From Felis catus (lineage: Eukaryota): 64,000 nt of DNA. Shown piece by piece: positions 12,957-24,950 of this stretch. Numbering within the stretch: the stretch's first letter is position 1; each line of letters starts with the position of its first letter. A program made the translations under genes and the position numbers. The stretch lies in contig NC_058383.1 of the NCBI RefSeq assembly GCF_018350175.1, forward strand, positions 29,638,001 to 29,702,000, read 5' to 3'. The notes under the pieces were generated by a model, which saw only the letters and a list, made by a program, of their open reading frames with translations, did not search any database and was not told the origin of the DNA.

Positions 12957-13357
12957 GTACTTAAGGTGTTTGAGCCTGCCTCCAGATCCCCCGGGGGGCT
13001 TGTTAAAACTCAGATTGCTAGGGGCGCCTGGGTGGCTCAGTTGGTTGAGTGTTGGACTTCCGCTCAGGTCATGAGCTCACGGTTGGCGGGTTCAAGCCCC
13101 GCATCGGGCTCTGTGCTGTCATCGCAGAGCCCGCTTCAGATCCTCTGTCTGCTTCTCTTCCCTGCCCCTTCCCCACTTGCACTCTCTCTCATTCTCTCAA
13201 AAATAAATAAACATTAAAACAACAAAATGCAGAATGCAAATTGTCACCTTTGACGTGTCAGATTCCGTAGCTCTGGCCTGGAGCCTGACAGCTTGCATTT
13301 ACAACAGGTCTTCAGGTGATGCTGATGCTGCTGGTCTAGGGACCACACTTCGCACTG
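12957..13357. mobile_element. MER5A split by a + strand CanSINE (13021-13225)
   Basis: GGGCTTGTTAAAACTCAGATTGCT | SINE | ..CAGGTGATGCTGATGCTGCTGGTCTAGGGACCACACTT. Confidence 0.85.
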
Positions 13358-14561
13358 ACAAGAGCTGGATGAGGGCAGGGGACCAGTTTCTAAGCATTTC
13401 AGTGAGAACGTGAGTGAGGCCACGGTTGGCAGGAGGGGAGTGGTGCGAAAGCAAAATGAAGGAATGAAGGAACTTATGAAGTTATTAATTAACTTACTAA
13501 GTTATTCATTATTTGGCACCTGCAATGCACTTATGAAGCACCTGCGATGCACTGGGCACCCAGTGCGAGGAGTTTTCCCTCTATAGTTTCCTGAAACATC
13601 CTCTCTCTGATTTGTAAATGCATTCAGAGAGGATGTTATGGAAAACAAAGCTCCGGAAAGCACAGCCATGACCGTCATTGTGGGAAACTGAGAGGGGACG
13701 TGACAGAGATGAGGAGGGAGAAATGAGACCCTCATTTTTCTCTGGAATCCTGAACTTGGGTGATGATGTCATAATGTGTTTGAGATGGGCAGAATACAAG
13801 GGTAGAAGCTGAAGAAAGCTGCCTGTCTTTGTGAGGGCAGCAGAAGGAAGTATGGTAGCCCCAATTTCCCAGTGCCTGCCTCGTCACAGGGCACCCATCT
13901 CCCCTGCAGAGCAGGTGCCAATGAAGGAGAGAGCCAGCACTGTAGGAAGGGCTGCCTTGATGGCATATTGTGAGCACGATTTTTAATCACCAGCACACTC
14001 AAGTCTCACGCTATTCCTTTTCATTTTCTCAGTACTGTAATTGTAAATGAAAAAGCAATATTGCAACACATCCAATTATAACCAGATTCCTGTCCCCCAG
14101 GACTCATCAAAGAGAAAAAAATGTATTTATGGCTGTGAGGAGCCATTAATCTCTCCACTTATGGCTTCACATACAGTTGGACAGTGGCTGCAAGATTGGG
14201 ACTCTCCCTCTCTTTTCTCTAGAGATGCTTTTATCAAGTCTCACCTGGGCGTTTTATTAAAAATTAGTCCTTGAAATATTGGTTTCATAAGCACCTTGGT
14301 TAGGATCCACTGAATAAGATTTCTTCTTTGGGATCCTACCCTGGGATCATTCATTCTTTCCAGGGGGCTGTCTCATTTGCATGAAACTTCTCTTTGACAG
14401 TCAAAAGCAAGTCAAAAGCAGTGTTTGTTCAGGGAAAGCAGAAAGGGGGCAAATCATCCTTGGAAAATGGGGACACAAAACATTTTGTGGTTTTTGTCTG
14501 TGTGGCTGGTTGTTGCTGTGGGATCATTGGGAACCGGATGCAAGTCACTTTTCTCTTCCTT

Positions 14562-14591
14562 CTTAACCAACTGAGCCACCCAGGCTCTCCT
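14562..14591 (-). mobile_element. CanSINE 5' stub only (no body or tail)
   Basis: Reverse complement GGAGAGCCTGGGTGGCTCAGTTGGTTAAG between 19-bp direct repeats 14547-14565 and 14592-14610. Confidence 0.85.
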
Positions 14592-14715
14592 ACTTTTCTC
14601 TTCCTTCTTATCTAGACCATCTCTTCCATAATCTTCCTGCTATCTAATGTGCATTAATACTTAATGTATTATTGCTTAATATTTATGTATTAATAAGTAG
14701 GAAATTAATACTCAG

Positions 14716-15277
14716 TGTATGACTTATCTTTGGCTGCATAGCCATACTACCTTAAGGAGTATGGGTGAACCATACTCCTTAAGCTTAGGAACTTAAAACA
14801 ACTGACATTTATTATCTCACAGTTTCTCTGTGCCCAGGTGTCTGGACACAGCACAACTGGGTCTTCTGTGGGGCTGCATTCAAAGTATCAGCTGGGGCTG
14901 TGGTTTCATCTGAGGTTAGACTGGGGAAGGATCTCTTTCCAAGCATGCACGTTGTTGGAAGAACTCAGTTCCATGGTATGGGACTAAAAGTTTTAGTTTC
15001 GTGTTTTCAGTTTCTAGAGGCCACTGGTAGCTCCTTTCAACCTGGAGCTTCCCAGCATACGTTGGCTTCCTGGAGGCCAACAAAGGTGGGAGAGACTCTT
15101 GCAAGACAGGTGCTACAAGCTTATGTAATATAATCATGTGTAGCCTGTTACCTTTGCTATATTCTATTGATTAGGAACAAGTCACAGGTCATGCCTATAC
15201 TGAAAGGGAAGAGAGCACACAAGGGCAAGAACACGAGGAGGTGGGGAAGATGGGGTCACCCTAAGAATCTGCCACAA
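14716..15277 (-). mobile_element. MaLR LTR (MLT1E/F-like)
   Basis: CTTAAAACAAC..CATTTATTATCTCACAGTTTCT..CTGGGGAAGGATC..AAGTCACAGGTC. Confidence 0.8.
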
Positions 15278-15604
15278 TGACTATCATCAGTGACGATGAT
15301 AATTTAAAAGCAGCAATAATAACTTTTATTATTTGGTACCTAAGTCGCACATGAACTTTCAAAGTATATATTATTAATCAGTCTTACTTTACCCATTAAG
15401 AAAAGTGAGGGTAAGAGATCCAGCTAAATCCACACATCTGTTAAGTCAGGAATTGCAAACTTAAAATCCTGCAGGGGCCATGCAGGAAAAGTCCATGAAT
15501 GAAATGGGAGAGGTAGGGCTCTGCTATACCAGAGAAGTCTTGATATACCTACAGGAAACTTCCTGGTCCATCCTAGCTGATTGGCTTTTCATTAAAACTC
15601 TAAT

Positions 15605-15607
<3 letters not shown>

Positions 15608-15642
<35 letters not shown>
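15608..15642. repeat. (GA)n microsatellite
   Basis: Direct reading. Confidence 0.98.
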
Positions 15643-15643
<1 letters not shown>

Positions 15644-15645
<2 letters not shown>

Positions 15646-15935
15646 TTTTTTTTTAGGGCAGTTTTAACTTTACAACAAAATTAAGAGGAAGGCACAGAGA
15701 TTCTCCCCTGCCCCCACACATGCATAGCCTCCCTCATTATCAACATCATTCACCAGAGTGGTACATTTTTCAGTAAATGAACCTACATGGACACATCATA
15801 ATCATCCAATGTCCACACTTTACCTCAGGGTTCACACTTCCTGTTGTATATTTCATGAGTTTGGACAAAAGTATAATGGCATATATGTATTATTATAGTA
15901 TCATACAGATGATTTTCATCTTCCTAAAAGGCACT
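15644..15935 (-). mobile_element. L1MC-type 3' end fragment
   Basis: CCCCACACATGCATAGCCTCCCTCATTATCAACATC..CACCAGAGTGGTACATTT..ATGAACCTACAT. Confidence 0.8.
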
Positions 15936-16084
15936 CTCTACTTTTTAAAATTGGGTCATTGATTACAAAAAAAGTTCTGGCAGAAATAAACATAACTCTA
16001 AGAGCAATTTATTTCAGGAGTTGCTATTCGGGGATGCAAGTAGCGGATCTGAATCCAGGTTTGTTCCGTGGACTTAGCCTATTT

Positions 16085-16241
16085 CTCAGGAGTAGTTTTT
16101 AGTTGTGAGTGACAAGAGACACATGAAAAAGGACTTGCACAGAAAACTGAATCTATTGATTCCCGTAACTGAAAAGAGTAAGACCCCAAAGTCTCATAGT
16201 TGGATCTAGGGCTCAAAGACGTCATCAAGAATGTGTCTCTC
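16085..16241 (-). mobile_element. MLT1J-like LTR, left half (resumes near 24950-25230)
   Basis: GTTGTGAGTGACA..GTAACTGAAAAG..TGGATCTAGGGCTCAAAGACGTCATCA; continuation has TCTGATTGGCTGGGCTTG..AGCCAGTCAC. Confidence 0.6.
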
Positions 16242-16242
16242 C

Positions 16243-16453
16243 AAAGAACCTAATTAAAAAAATAGGGAAAAAATTTGAATAGACATTTCTCTTGAGAAGA
16301 TAACCAAATGGCAAAAAAGCACATGAAAACATGTTTAATATCATTAGTCAATAGGGAAATGCAAATCAAGACCACAATTAAATTTACAACTTCACATCTG
16401 CAAGGTACTACTACTACTACTAATAATTAATAATAATAAAAACAGATCATACA
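16243..16453 (+). mobile_element. Old L1 ORF2 3' fragment (continues after 23173)
   Basis: GAATAGACATTTCTC..GGGAAATGCAAATCAAGACCACAAT, collinear with GTGTTGGTGACGGTGTGGAGAAAAGGGAACCC at ~23189. Confidence 0.8.
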
Positions 16454-18126
16454 GGGAGGAGCCAAGATGGTGGAACGGGATGGAAGTTTTTTTGTGTCTT
16501 GCATCCATGAAATACAGCCAGATCAACACTAAACCATCCTGCACACCTAGAACACTGATCTGAGTATTAACACAACAATCTGCACAACCTGAATCACAGA
16601 ACTCAGCAGTATGCAGCAGGGAGAGGTGAAATGGGGGAGAGAGAAGCCCCGAAGGGCAGGGAGCTGTTTCTGCTTGCAGACAGAGGATGGAGACAGGAGA
16701 GAGTTCAGAAAAAGCACCCACCCACCACCAAAAGCAGCTGGAGAGAAAGTGGAAAAGTGGAAACAGCCACAGGGACTAAACTAAAAAGGGAGAAAGGAGA
16801 AAGGAGAGGGTTGAATTCCCATTAAGACTCTAGAAACAGGGGAGGGCAGAGTCTGAATCTCCTCGCCTCCATACCTGGTGGTGCTCTGGTGGGAAGGGCG
16901 GATCCCAGGTGCAGAGTGAAGGCCGGTTATCCTCCAGTCACATGGGGAGAGGCAGTTTCCCTGCTAGGAGGACATCTGGTCGAGGCTGTGGCCAGATGGT
17001 CCACAGCAGACCCCAGAGAACAACCACATTCGCTGGTGCTGGAACAAGGTTGTTAAGGGCGAAGCCTGGGGCCAGATACGTGTTGTGATTTTCCATGATC
17101 CCTGAAACGTTGCTGCTACACAATCGTGTGAACTTTCTCTGGGGCAGGCTGGCACCCGGCCGCGGTCTCTGGGCGTTGGCAGCAGCAGCGGTCCTGTAAA
17201 GGTTCCTGGCTGTGGCTGCCACCGGCCATTGCTCAGGGAGACCCTCCTGCAGAGGATCAGAGCAGGTCCAAGCCGCAGTTCCCCCGAAGTGAGGGGTCAG
17301 GAAACACAGCCGCATCAGAGATAAAACTCAGGAGGGAGGTGCCACCTGGCAACCTGACTGCTTGCATGGACAGTGTAGAAGCGGGAGCAGTTGAAGCCAG
17401 AGACAAAGGATGGGTGCACAATTGCTGGTTGGGGAGAGCACAGAGTTTCAATATTAGAGACTGGGGCAGTTGGGTGACGCCATTTTCCTGGCTCCCACGC
17501 TTGCGCATACACACCTGCAAGCGCCACAACAATCCCCTCCAGTAAGCTGAGCAGCGCCATCTAGTGGGAACAAAGTCATTACACCAAGCCCCGCCCAACT
17601 GGGCCAACCTTGCTCTTCAGAAATACAAGTCTCTCCGCCTGCCTAGTTGATGGATTATAAAGCACTTCATAGTTTGACTTCAAGGGGAAACCGATGTAAT
17701 TTCAATCGTATTTCAGTCTGTTTGCGGGTCCATCTATTCAATTTATTTTCTTTCTTTTTAGTTTCCTTTTCTTGAATACAGAAAGAGAAAAATTATTTTT
17801 ATTTTCAATTTTTATTAAAAATCTTCTTCTTTAATTTTTTCTACTATATTTTTTACTTCTTTGTAAAATTTTTGAATTCTATTTTACTTCCATCATTTCA
17901 TTTTATTCTAATTCATTGTATTCATTTTTTCAAATTTTCAAACATTTTCCTCCCCCCCCCCCCCATTTTTTCTCTCAACTATTAAGCTCCTTTCAACAAC
18001 CAGACCAAAACACACCTAGGATCTAGCATCATGTATTTGATTTGTATGTGTGTGTGTGTGTGTGTGTTGTTTTTAATTTTTTAATGTTAATTTTTTTTAC
18101 TTATCAATTCCTTTTCTTACTTCAAA

Positions 18127-19003
18127 ATGATGAAATGAAGGAATTCACACCAAAAGAAAGAGGAGGAAGAAATGACATCCCAGTTCTTAACCAACACAGA
18201 TACAAACAAGATGTCTGAACCAGAATTTAGAATCACAATGAAAAGAATACTAGCTGGGGTTGAAAATAGATTAGAATCACTTTCTACAGAGATAAAAGAA
18301 GTAAAAACTAGTCAGGACAAAATAAAAAATACTATAACTGAGCTGCCATCTCGAATGGTTGCCACAGTGGCAAGGATGGATGAGGCAGAGAAGCAAATCA
18401 GTGATATAGAAGACAAACTTATGGAGAATAATGAAGCAGAAAAAAGAGGGAGACTAAGGTGAAAGAGCACGATTTAAGAATTAGAGAAATCAGTACTCAT
18501 TAAGGAGGAACAACATCAGAATCATAGGGGTCCCAGAAGATGAAGAGAGAGAAAAGGGGTAGAAGGGTTATGTGAGCATATCAGTGGAAAACGTTCCTAA
18601 CCTGGAGAAAGACACAGACATCAAAATCCAGGAAGCACAGAGGAGTCCCATTGGATTCAACAAAAACTGACCATCAACAAGGCATATCATAGTCAAATTT
18701 ACAAAATACTCAGGCAAGGAAAGAATCATGAATCCAGCAAGGGAAAAAAAGTCCTTAACCTACAAGGGAAGACAGATCAGGTTTGCAGCAGACCTATCCA
18801 CAGAAACTTGGCAAGCCAGAAAGGAGAGGCAGGATATATCCAATGTGCTGAATTGGAAAATTATGCAGCCAAGAATTCTTTATACAGCAAGGCTGTCATT
18901 CAAAATAGAAGGAGAGAGCAAAAGTTTCCCAGAAAAACAAAAATTAAAGGAGTCTGTGACCACTAAACCAGCCCTGCAAGAAATTTTAATGGAGACTCTC
19001 TGA
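18127..19003 (+). pseudogene. L1 ORF1p, disrupted
   Basis: Fragments MSEPEFRIT..MENNEAEK and YKGRQIRFAADLSTETWQAR..KPALQEIL; stops and frameshifts. Confidence 0.95.
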
Positions 19004-19096
19004 GGGGGAGAAAACAAACAAACAAAAAAATCCCAAGTAACAAAGACTAGAAAGGACCAGAGAACCACCAGAAACTCGACCTCTACAAGCAACATA

Positions 19097-22000
19097 ATAA
19101 CAATAAGCTCATATCTTTCAGTACCAGTCTAAACATCAATGGACTAAAGGCTTCAATCAAAAGACATAGGAAAACAGAATGGATAAGAAAACAAGATCCA
19201 TCTCTATGCTGTTTACAAGAGACCCACTTTAGACCTAAAGACACCTTCAGATTGAAAGGAAGGGGATGGAGAACAATCTATCGTGCTAATGTTCGACAAA
19301 AGAAAGCCCAAGTAGCCAAGTAGCCAAAAAGAAAGCCCAAGTAGCCAATCTAGACTTCAAAATAAAGACTGTAACAAGAGATGGAGAAGGGAATTATCTC
19401 ATAATTAAGGGGTCTGTCCACCAAGAGGACCTAACAATCATAAACATTTATACTCCAAATGTGAAAGAACCCAAATACATAAATCAATGAATCACAAACA
19501 TAAAGAAACTCATTGATAATAATACCATAATAGTAGGGGACTTGAACACTCCACTTACAACAATGGACAGATCATTTAATCACAAAATCAACAAGGAAAC
19601 AATGGCTTTGAATGACACACTGGACCAGATAGACTTAACAGATATATTCAGGACATTTCATCCTAAAGCAGCAGAATACGCATTCTTCTCCAATGCACAT
19701 GGAACGTTCTCCAGAATAGATTACATACTGGGACACAAATCAGTCCTAAGTAAATACAAAAAGATAGAGATCATACCATGCATATTTTTGGACCACAATA
19801 CTATGAAACTCAAAATCAACCACATGAAAAAATTTGGAAAGGTAATAAACATGTGGAGACTAAAGAACATCCTACTAAAAAGTGAATGGCTTAACCAAGA
19901 AGTTAAAAAGGAAATTAAAAAGTATATGGAAGCCAATGAAAATGATAACACCACAGTCCAAGACCTCTGGGATGCAGCAAAGGTGGTCATAAGAGGAAAG
20001 TATATAACAATCCAGGACTTCCTAAAGAAGGAAGAAACATCTCAGATACACAACCTAATACTACACGTTAAAGAGCTGAAAAAGAACAGCACATAAAACA
20101 TAAAACCAGCAGAAGACAGAAACAATAAAGATTAGAGCAGAAATTAATGCTATCGAAACCAAAAAAAAAAAAAAAAAAAAAAAGAAAAGAAAAAAAAAAA
20201 ACAACAACCCAGTAGAACAGATCAATGAAACCAGAAGCTGGTTCTTTGTAAGAATTAACAAAATTGATAACCCCTTAGCCAGTTTGATCAAGAAGAAAAA
20301 GGAAAGGACCCAAATAAATAAAATCAAGAATGAAAGAGGAGAGATCACAACAAACACAGCAGAAATGAAAACAATAGTAAGAGAATATTATGAGCAATTA
20401 TACACCAATAAAATGGGCAATTTGGAAGAAATGGACAGATTCCTAGAAACATACACACTACCAAAACTGAAACAGGAAGAAATAGAAAATTTGAACAGAT
20501 CCATAACCAGTAAAGAAATCGAATTAGTAACCAAAAATCTTCCAAAAAACAAGAGTCCAGGGCCAGATGGCTTTCCAGGGGAATTCTACCAAACATTTAA
20601 GGAGGAGTTAACACCTATACTCTTGAAGCTGTTCCAAAAAATAGCTGTTCCAAACTCATTGTATGAAGCCATCATTACCTTTATTCCAAAATCAGACAAA
20701 GAGCCCACTAAAAAGGAGAACTATAGACCAATTTCCCTGATGAACATGAATGCAAAAATCCTCAACAAGATATCAGCCAATCAGATCCAACAATGCATGA
20801 AAAAAGTTATTCACCACGACCAAATGGGATTTATACCTGGGATGCAGACCTGGTTCAATATCTTCAAAACAATCAATGTGTTTCATCACATCCATGAAAG
20901 AAAGGACAGGAACAACATGATCCTCTCAATAGATGCAGAGAAAGCATTAGACAACATACAACATCCTTTCTTGATAAAAACCCTCAAGAAAGTAGGGATA
21001 GAAGGATCATACCTCGAGATCATAAAAGCCATGTATGAAAGACCCAATGCTAATATCATCCTCAATGGAGAAAAACAGAGCTTTCCCCCTACGGTCAGGA
21101 ACAAGACAGGGATGTCCACTCTTGCCACTGTTTTTCAACATATTATTGTACGTCTTAGCCTCAGCAATCGAACAACACAAAGACATAAAAGGCATCCAAA
21201 TTGACCAGGAGGAGGTCATCTCACTCTTCGCAAATGACATGATACTCTACACGGAAAACCCAAAAGATTCCACCAAAAAAACTGCTAGAACCGATGCATG
21301 AATTCAGCAAAGTGGCAGGATATAAAATCAATACAGAGAAATTGATTGCATTCCTATACACCAATAATGAAGCAACAGAAAGAGAAATCAAGGAATCGAT
21401 CCCATTTACGATTGCACCAAAACCCATAAAATACCTAGGAATAAATCTAACCAAAGAGGTGAAAAATCTATACACTGAAAACTATAGAAAGGTTATGAAA
21501 GAAATTGAAGAAGACACACAAAAAAGAAAAAAAAATATTCCATGCTCCTGGATAAGAAAAACAAATATTATTAAATTGTCAATACTACCAAAGCAATCTA
21601 CATATTCAAGGCAATCCCTATCAGAATAACACCAGCATTCTTCACAGACCTAGAACAAGCAACCCTAAATTCGTATGGAACCACAAAATACCCCGAATAG
21701 CCAAAGCAATCTTGAAAAAGAAAACCAAAGCTGGAGGCATCACAATCTCAGACTTCAAGCTGTATTACAAAGCTGTCATCATCAAGATGGTATGGTACTG
21801 GCACAAAAACAGACACTCAGATCAATGGAACAGAATAGAGAACCCAGAAATGGACCCACAAACGTATGGTCAACTAATCTTTGACAAAGCAGGAAAGAAT
21901 ACCCAAATGGAATAAAGACAGTCATTTCAGCAAGTGGTGCTAGGAAAATTGGACAGCCACATGAAGCAAATAAACCTGAACCACTTTCTTACACCATACA

Positions 22001-22934
22001 CAAAAATAAACTCACAAGGGATGAAAGACCTAAACCATCAAAATCCTCAAGGAGAAAGCAGGAAAAATCTCTTTGACCTTGGCCACAGCAATTTCTTACT
22101 CAACATGTCTCTGGAGACAAGGGAAACAAAAGCAAAAATGAACTATTGGGACCTCATAAAAATAAAAATCTTCTGCAAAGTGAAGGAAACAATCAACAAA
22201 ACTAAAAGGCAACTGACAGAATGTGAGAAGATATTTGCAAGTGACATATCAGATAAAGGGTTAGTATCCAAAATCTATAAAGAACTTTTCAAAGTCAACA
22301 CCCAAAAAACAAAGAATCCAGTGAAGAAATGGGCAAAAGACATGCGTAGACACTTCTCCAAAGAAGACATCCAGATGGCCAACTGACACATGAAAAAATG
22401 CTGCACATCACTCATCATCCAGGAAATACAAATCAAAACCACCATGAGATTCCACCTCACACCTGGCAGAATGGCTAACATTAATAACTCAGGCAACAAT
22501 AGATGTTGGTGAGGGTGCGGAGAAATGAGGATCTCTTGTAATGCTGGTGGGAATGCAAACTGGTGCAGCCACTCTGGAAAACAGTGTGGAGTTTCTTCAA
22601 AAAATTAAAAACAGAACTACCTTACTACCCAGCCATTTCACTACTAGGCATTTATCCACGGGCTATAGGTGTGCTGTTTGGAAGGGACACATGCACCCCA
22701 ATGTTTATAGCAGCACTTTCAACAATAGCCAAAGTATGGGAGGAGCCCAAATGTCCATCGATGGATGAATGGATAAAGAAGATGTGGTATATCTATACAA
22801 TGGAGTGTTACTTGGCAATCAAAAAGAATGAAATCTTGCCATTTGCAACTACGTGGATGGAACTAGAGGGTATTTTGCTAAGTGAAATTAGTCAGTCAGA
22901 GAAAGACAAATATCATATGACTTTACTCATATGA
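19097..22934 (+). pseudogene. L1 ORF2p (endonuclease/reverse transcriptase), disrupted
   Basis: [30 protein letters not shown] motif decayed to FANDM; start ATG>ATA relative to L1 #2; many frameshifts. Confidence 0.97.
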
Positions 22935-23491
22935 AGACTTAAAGACACAGAACAGATGAACACAAGGGAAGGGAAGCAAAAATAATATAAAAACTTGAAG
23001 GGGACAAAACATAAGAGACTCTTAAATGTGGAGAACAAACAGAGGGTTACTGGAGGGGTGGTGGGGGGGGGGGATGGGCTCAATGTGTAAGGGACATTAA
23101 GGAATCTACTCCTGAAATCATTGTTGCACTATATGCTAACTAACTTGGATGTAAATAAAAAAATAAATTAAAGAAATGGAAAGAACTGGTGTTGGTGACG
23201 GTGTGGAGAAAAGGGAACCCTCTTGCACTGTTGGTGGGAATGCAGACTGGTATCGCCACTATAAGAAACAGTATGGAGGTTCCTCAAAAAATTAAAAATA
23301 GAACTACTATATGATCCAATGATCCCTCTTGTGGATATACACCTAAAGAAAATGAGAACAGGGTCTCAAGGCGATATCTGCCCCCCACCCCCATGTATAC
23401 TAGAGCATTATTCACAACCGCCAAGACATGGAAACAATCTAAATGTCCACTGGTGAATAGTGGGTAAAGAAAATGGGAAAGAGGTATATAC

Positions 23492-23545
<54 letters not shown>

Positions 23546-24008
23546 TCATATATACATATATATACACATATGTATATATATATCTCAGAATATATATATA
23601 TATAGATAGATAGATAGATAGATAGATATAAATTTGGATACATTTGTTTATATATATTATGATGTATATTTAAGATGTTATTTATATATTCTACATATCG
23701 TTATATATTCCTTATAAAGGAAGGCATTCCTGCCATTGGTGACAACATGGATGAACCTTGAGGGCATCATGCTAAGTAAGACAAGTCAGACCTAGAGAGA
23801 CAAATACTTTTCTATCTCACTTACATGTGGAATCTTAAAAGGCCAAGGTCCTAGAAATCAAGAATAGATTTCTGGTTATCAGGGGCTAGGAGGAAGGGAA
23901 AATGGGGAGAGGCTGGCCACAGAGCACAAACTTCCAGTTATAAAATGAATAAGTTCTGGGCATCTGACATCTAACATGGTGATTACAGTTAATACATACT
24001 GTATTATA

Positions 24009-24223
24009 GGGGAGCCTGGGTGGCTCAGTGGGTTAAGTATCCGACTTCAGCTCTGGTCATGATCACATAGTTTGTGGGTTTGGACCCTGTGTCGGGCTCT
24101 GGACTGGCAGCTCAGAGCCTGGAGCCTGCTTTGGATTCTGTGTCTCCCTCTCTCTCTTCCCCTCCCTCGTTCATGCTCTGTCTCTCTCTGTCACTCAAAA
24201 ATAAATAAACATTAAAAAAATAA
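24009..24223 (+). mobile_element. CanSINE inside the old L1
   Basis: TSD ATACTGTATTATA at 23996-24008 and 24224-24236. Confidence 0.95.
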
Positions 24224-24276
24224 ATACTGTATTATATAGTTGAATGTTGCTAAAAGAGTAGATCTTAATTTGAATC

Positions 24277-24435
24277 TGAATTTGAGCCCCACATCAGGCT
24301 CTCTACTGTCAACAGAGTCTACTTCAGATCATCTCTTCCCCTGTCTCTCTCTCTCTCCCTCTGCCTCTCCCCTACTTGTTCTCTATTTGTCTGTCTCTCT
24401 CTCTCTCTCAAAAATAAACAAACATTGAAAAGACA
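24277..24435 (+). mobile_element. 5'-truncated CanSINE
   Basis: TTTGAGCCCCACATCAGGCTC, (CT)n, AAAATAAACAAACATT. Confidence 0.85.
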
Positions 24436-24589
24436 AAAGAGACAGTAATTATGTGATATGATGGCTTGTTAGGTTAACAGTCTGGTGATAGCCATTTTGT
24501 GATGTACAAGCATAGCAAATCAACACATTGTTCACCTTAAACTTACATGATACTGTATACCGATTATATCTCAATAAAGTGGGGGGTCA

Positions 24590-24950
24590 GAGAAGAAAGT
24601 TCTGGTACTTGCTACAACATGGGTGATCCCTGAAAGCATTATGATAAGGGAAGTACGGCAGGCACAAAAGGACACATGGTGTATGATTCCATTTCTCTTA
24701 AGTATCTAGAACAGGCAAATCCATAGAGACAGAAAGCAGATTGGAAGTTACCAGGGGCCAGCGGGGATGCAGACACACTTCTGAATGGGCGCCAGGTCTC
24801 CTTTTGCGTAACAAAAAAGAAAGTCCTGGAACAATGGTGATGATGGCACAGCCCCGTGAATGTGCTAAGTGCCACTGTGTGGTACACTTTAAAATGGTTA
24901 CAGCGGTGGATTTTATTTTACGTTGTGTGTATTTTACCACAATAAAAATA
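24590..24950 (+). mobile_element. L1MB7/8-type 3' end
   Basis: GCTACAACATGG..GGCAAATCCATAGAGACAGAAAGCAGATT..TATTTTACCACAATAAAA. Confidence 0.8.

Larger units (their letters stand above)
16454..23172 (+). mobile_element. Full-length carnivore/felid LINE-1, inactivated (L1 #1)
   Basis: GGGAGGAGCCAAGATGG 5' end, ~1.7-kb 5'UTR, ORF1, ORF2 (EN, RT, C-terminal), G-rich 3'UTR, A tail. Confidence 0.98.
23173..24580 (+). mobile_element. Older L1 (L1MA/MB-type) ORF2 end and 3'UTR, with compound (TA/CA/TAGA)n at ~23487-23630
   Basis: GGAGGTTCCTCAAAAAATTAAAAATAGAACTAC..GACAACATGGATGAACCTTGAGGGCAT..TATATCTCAATAAAG. Confidence 0.9.
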
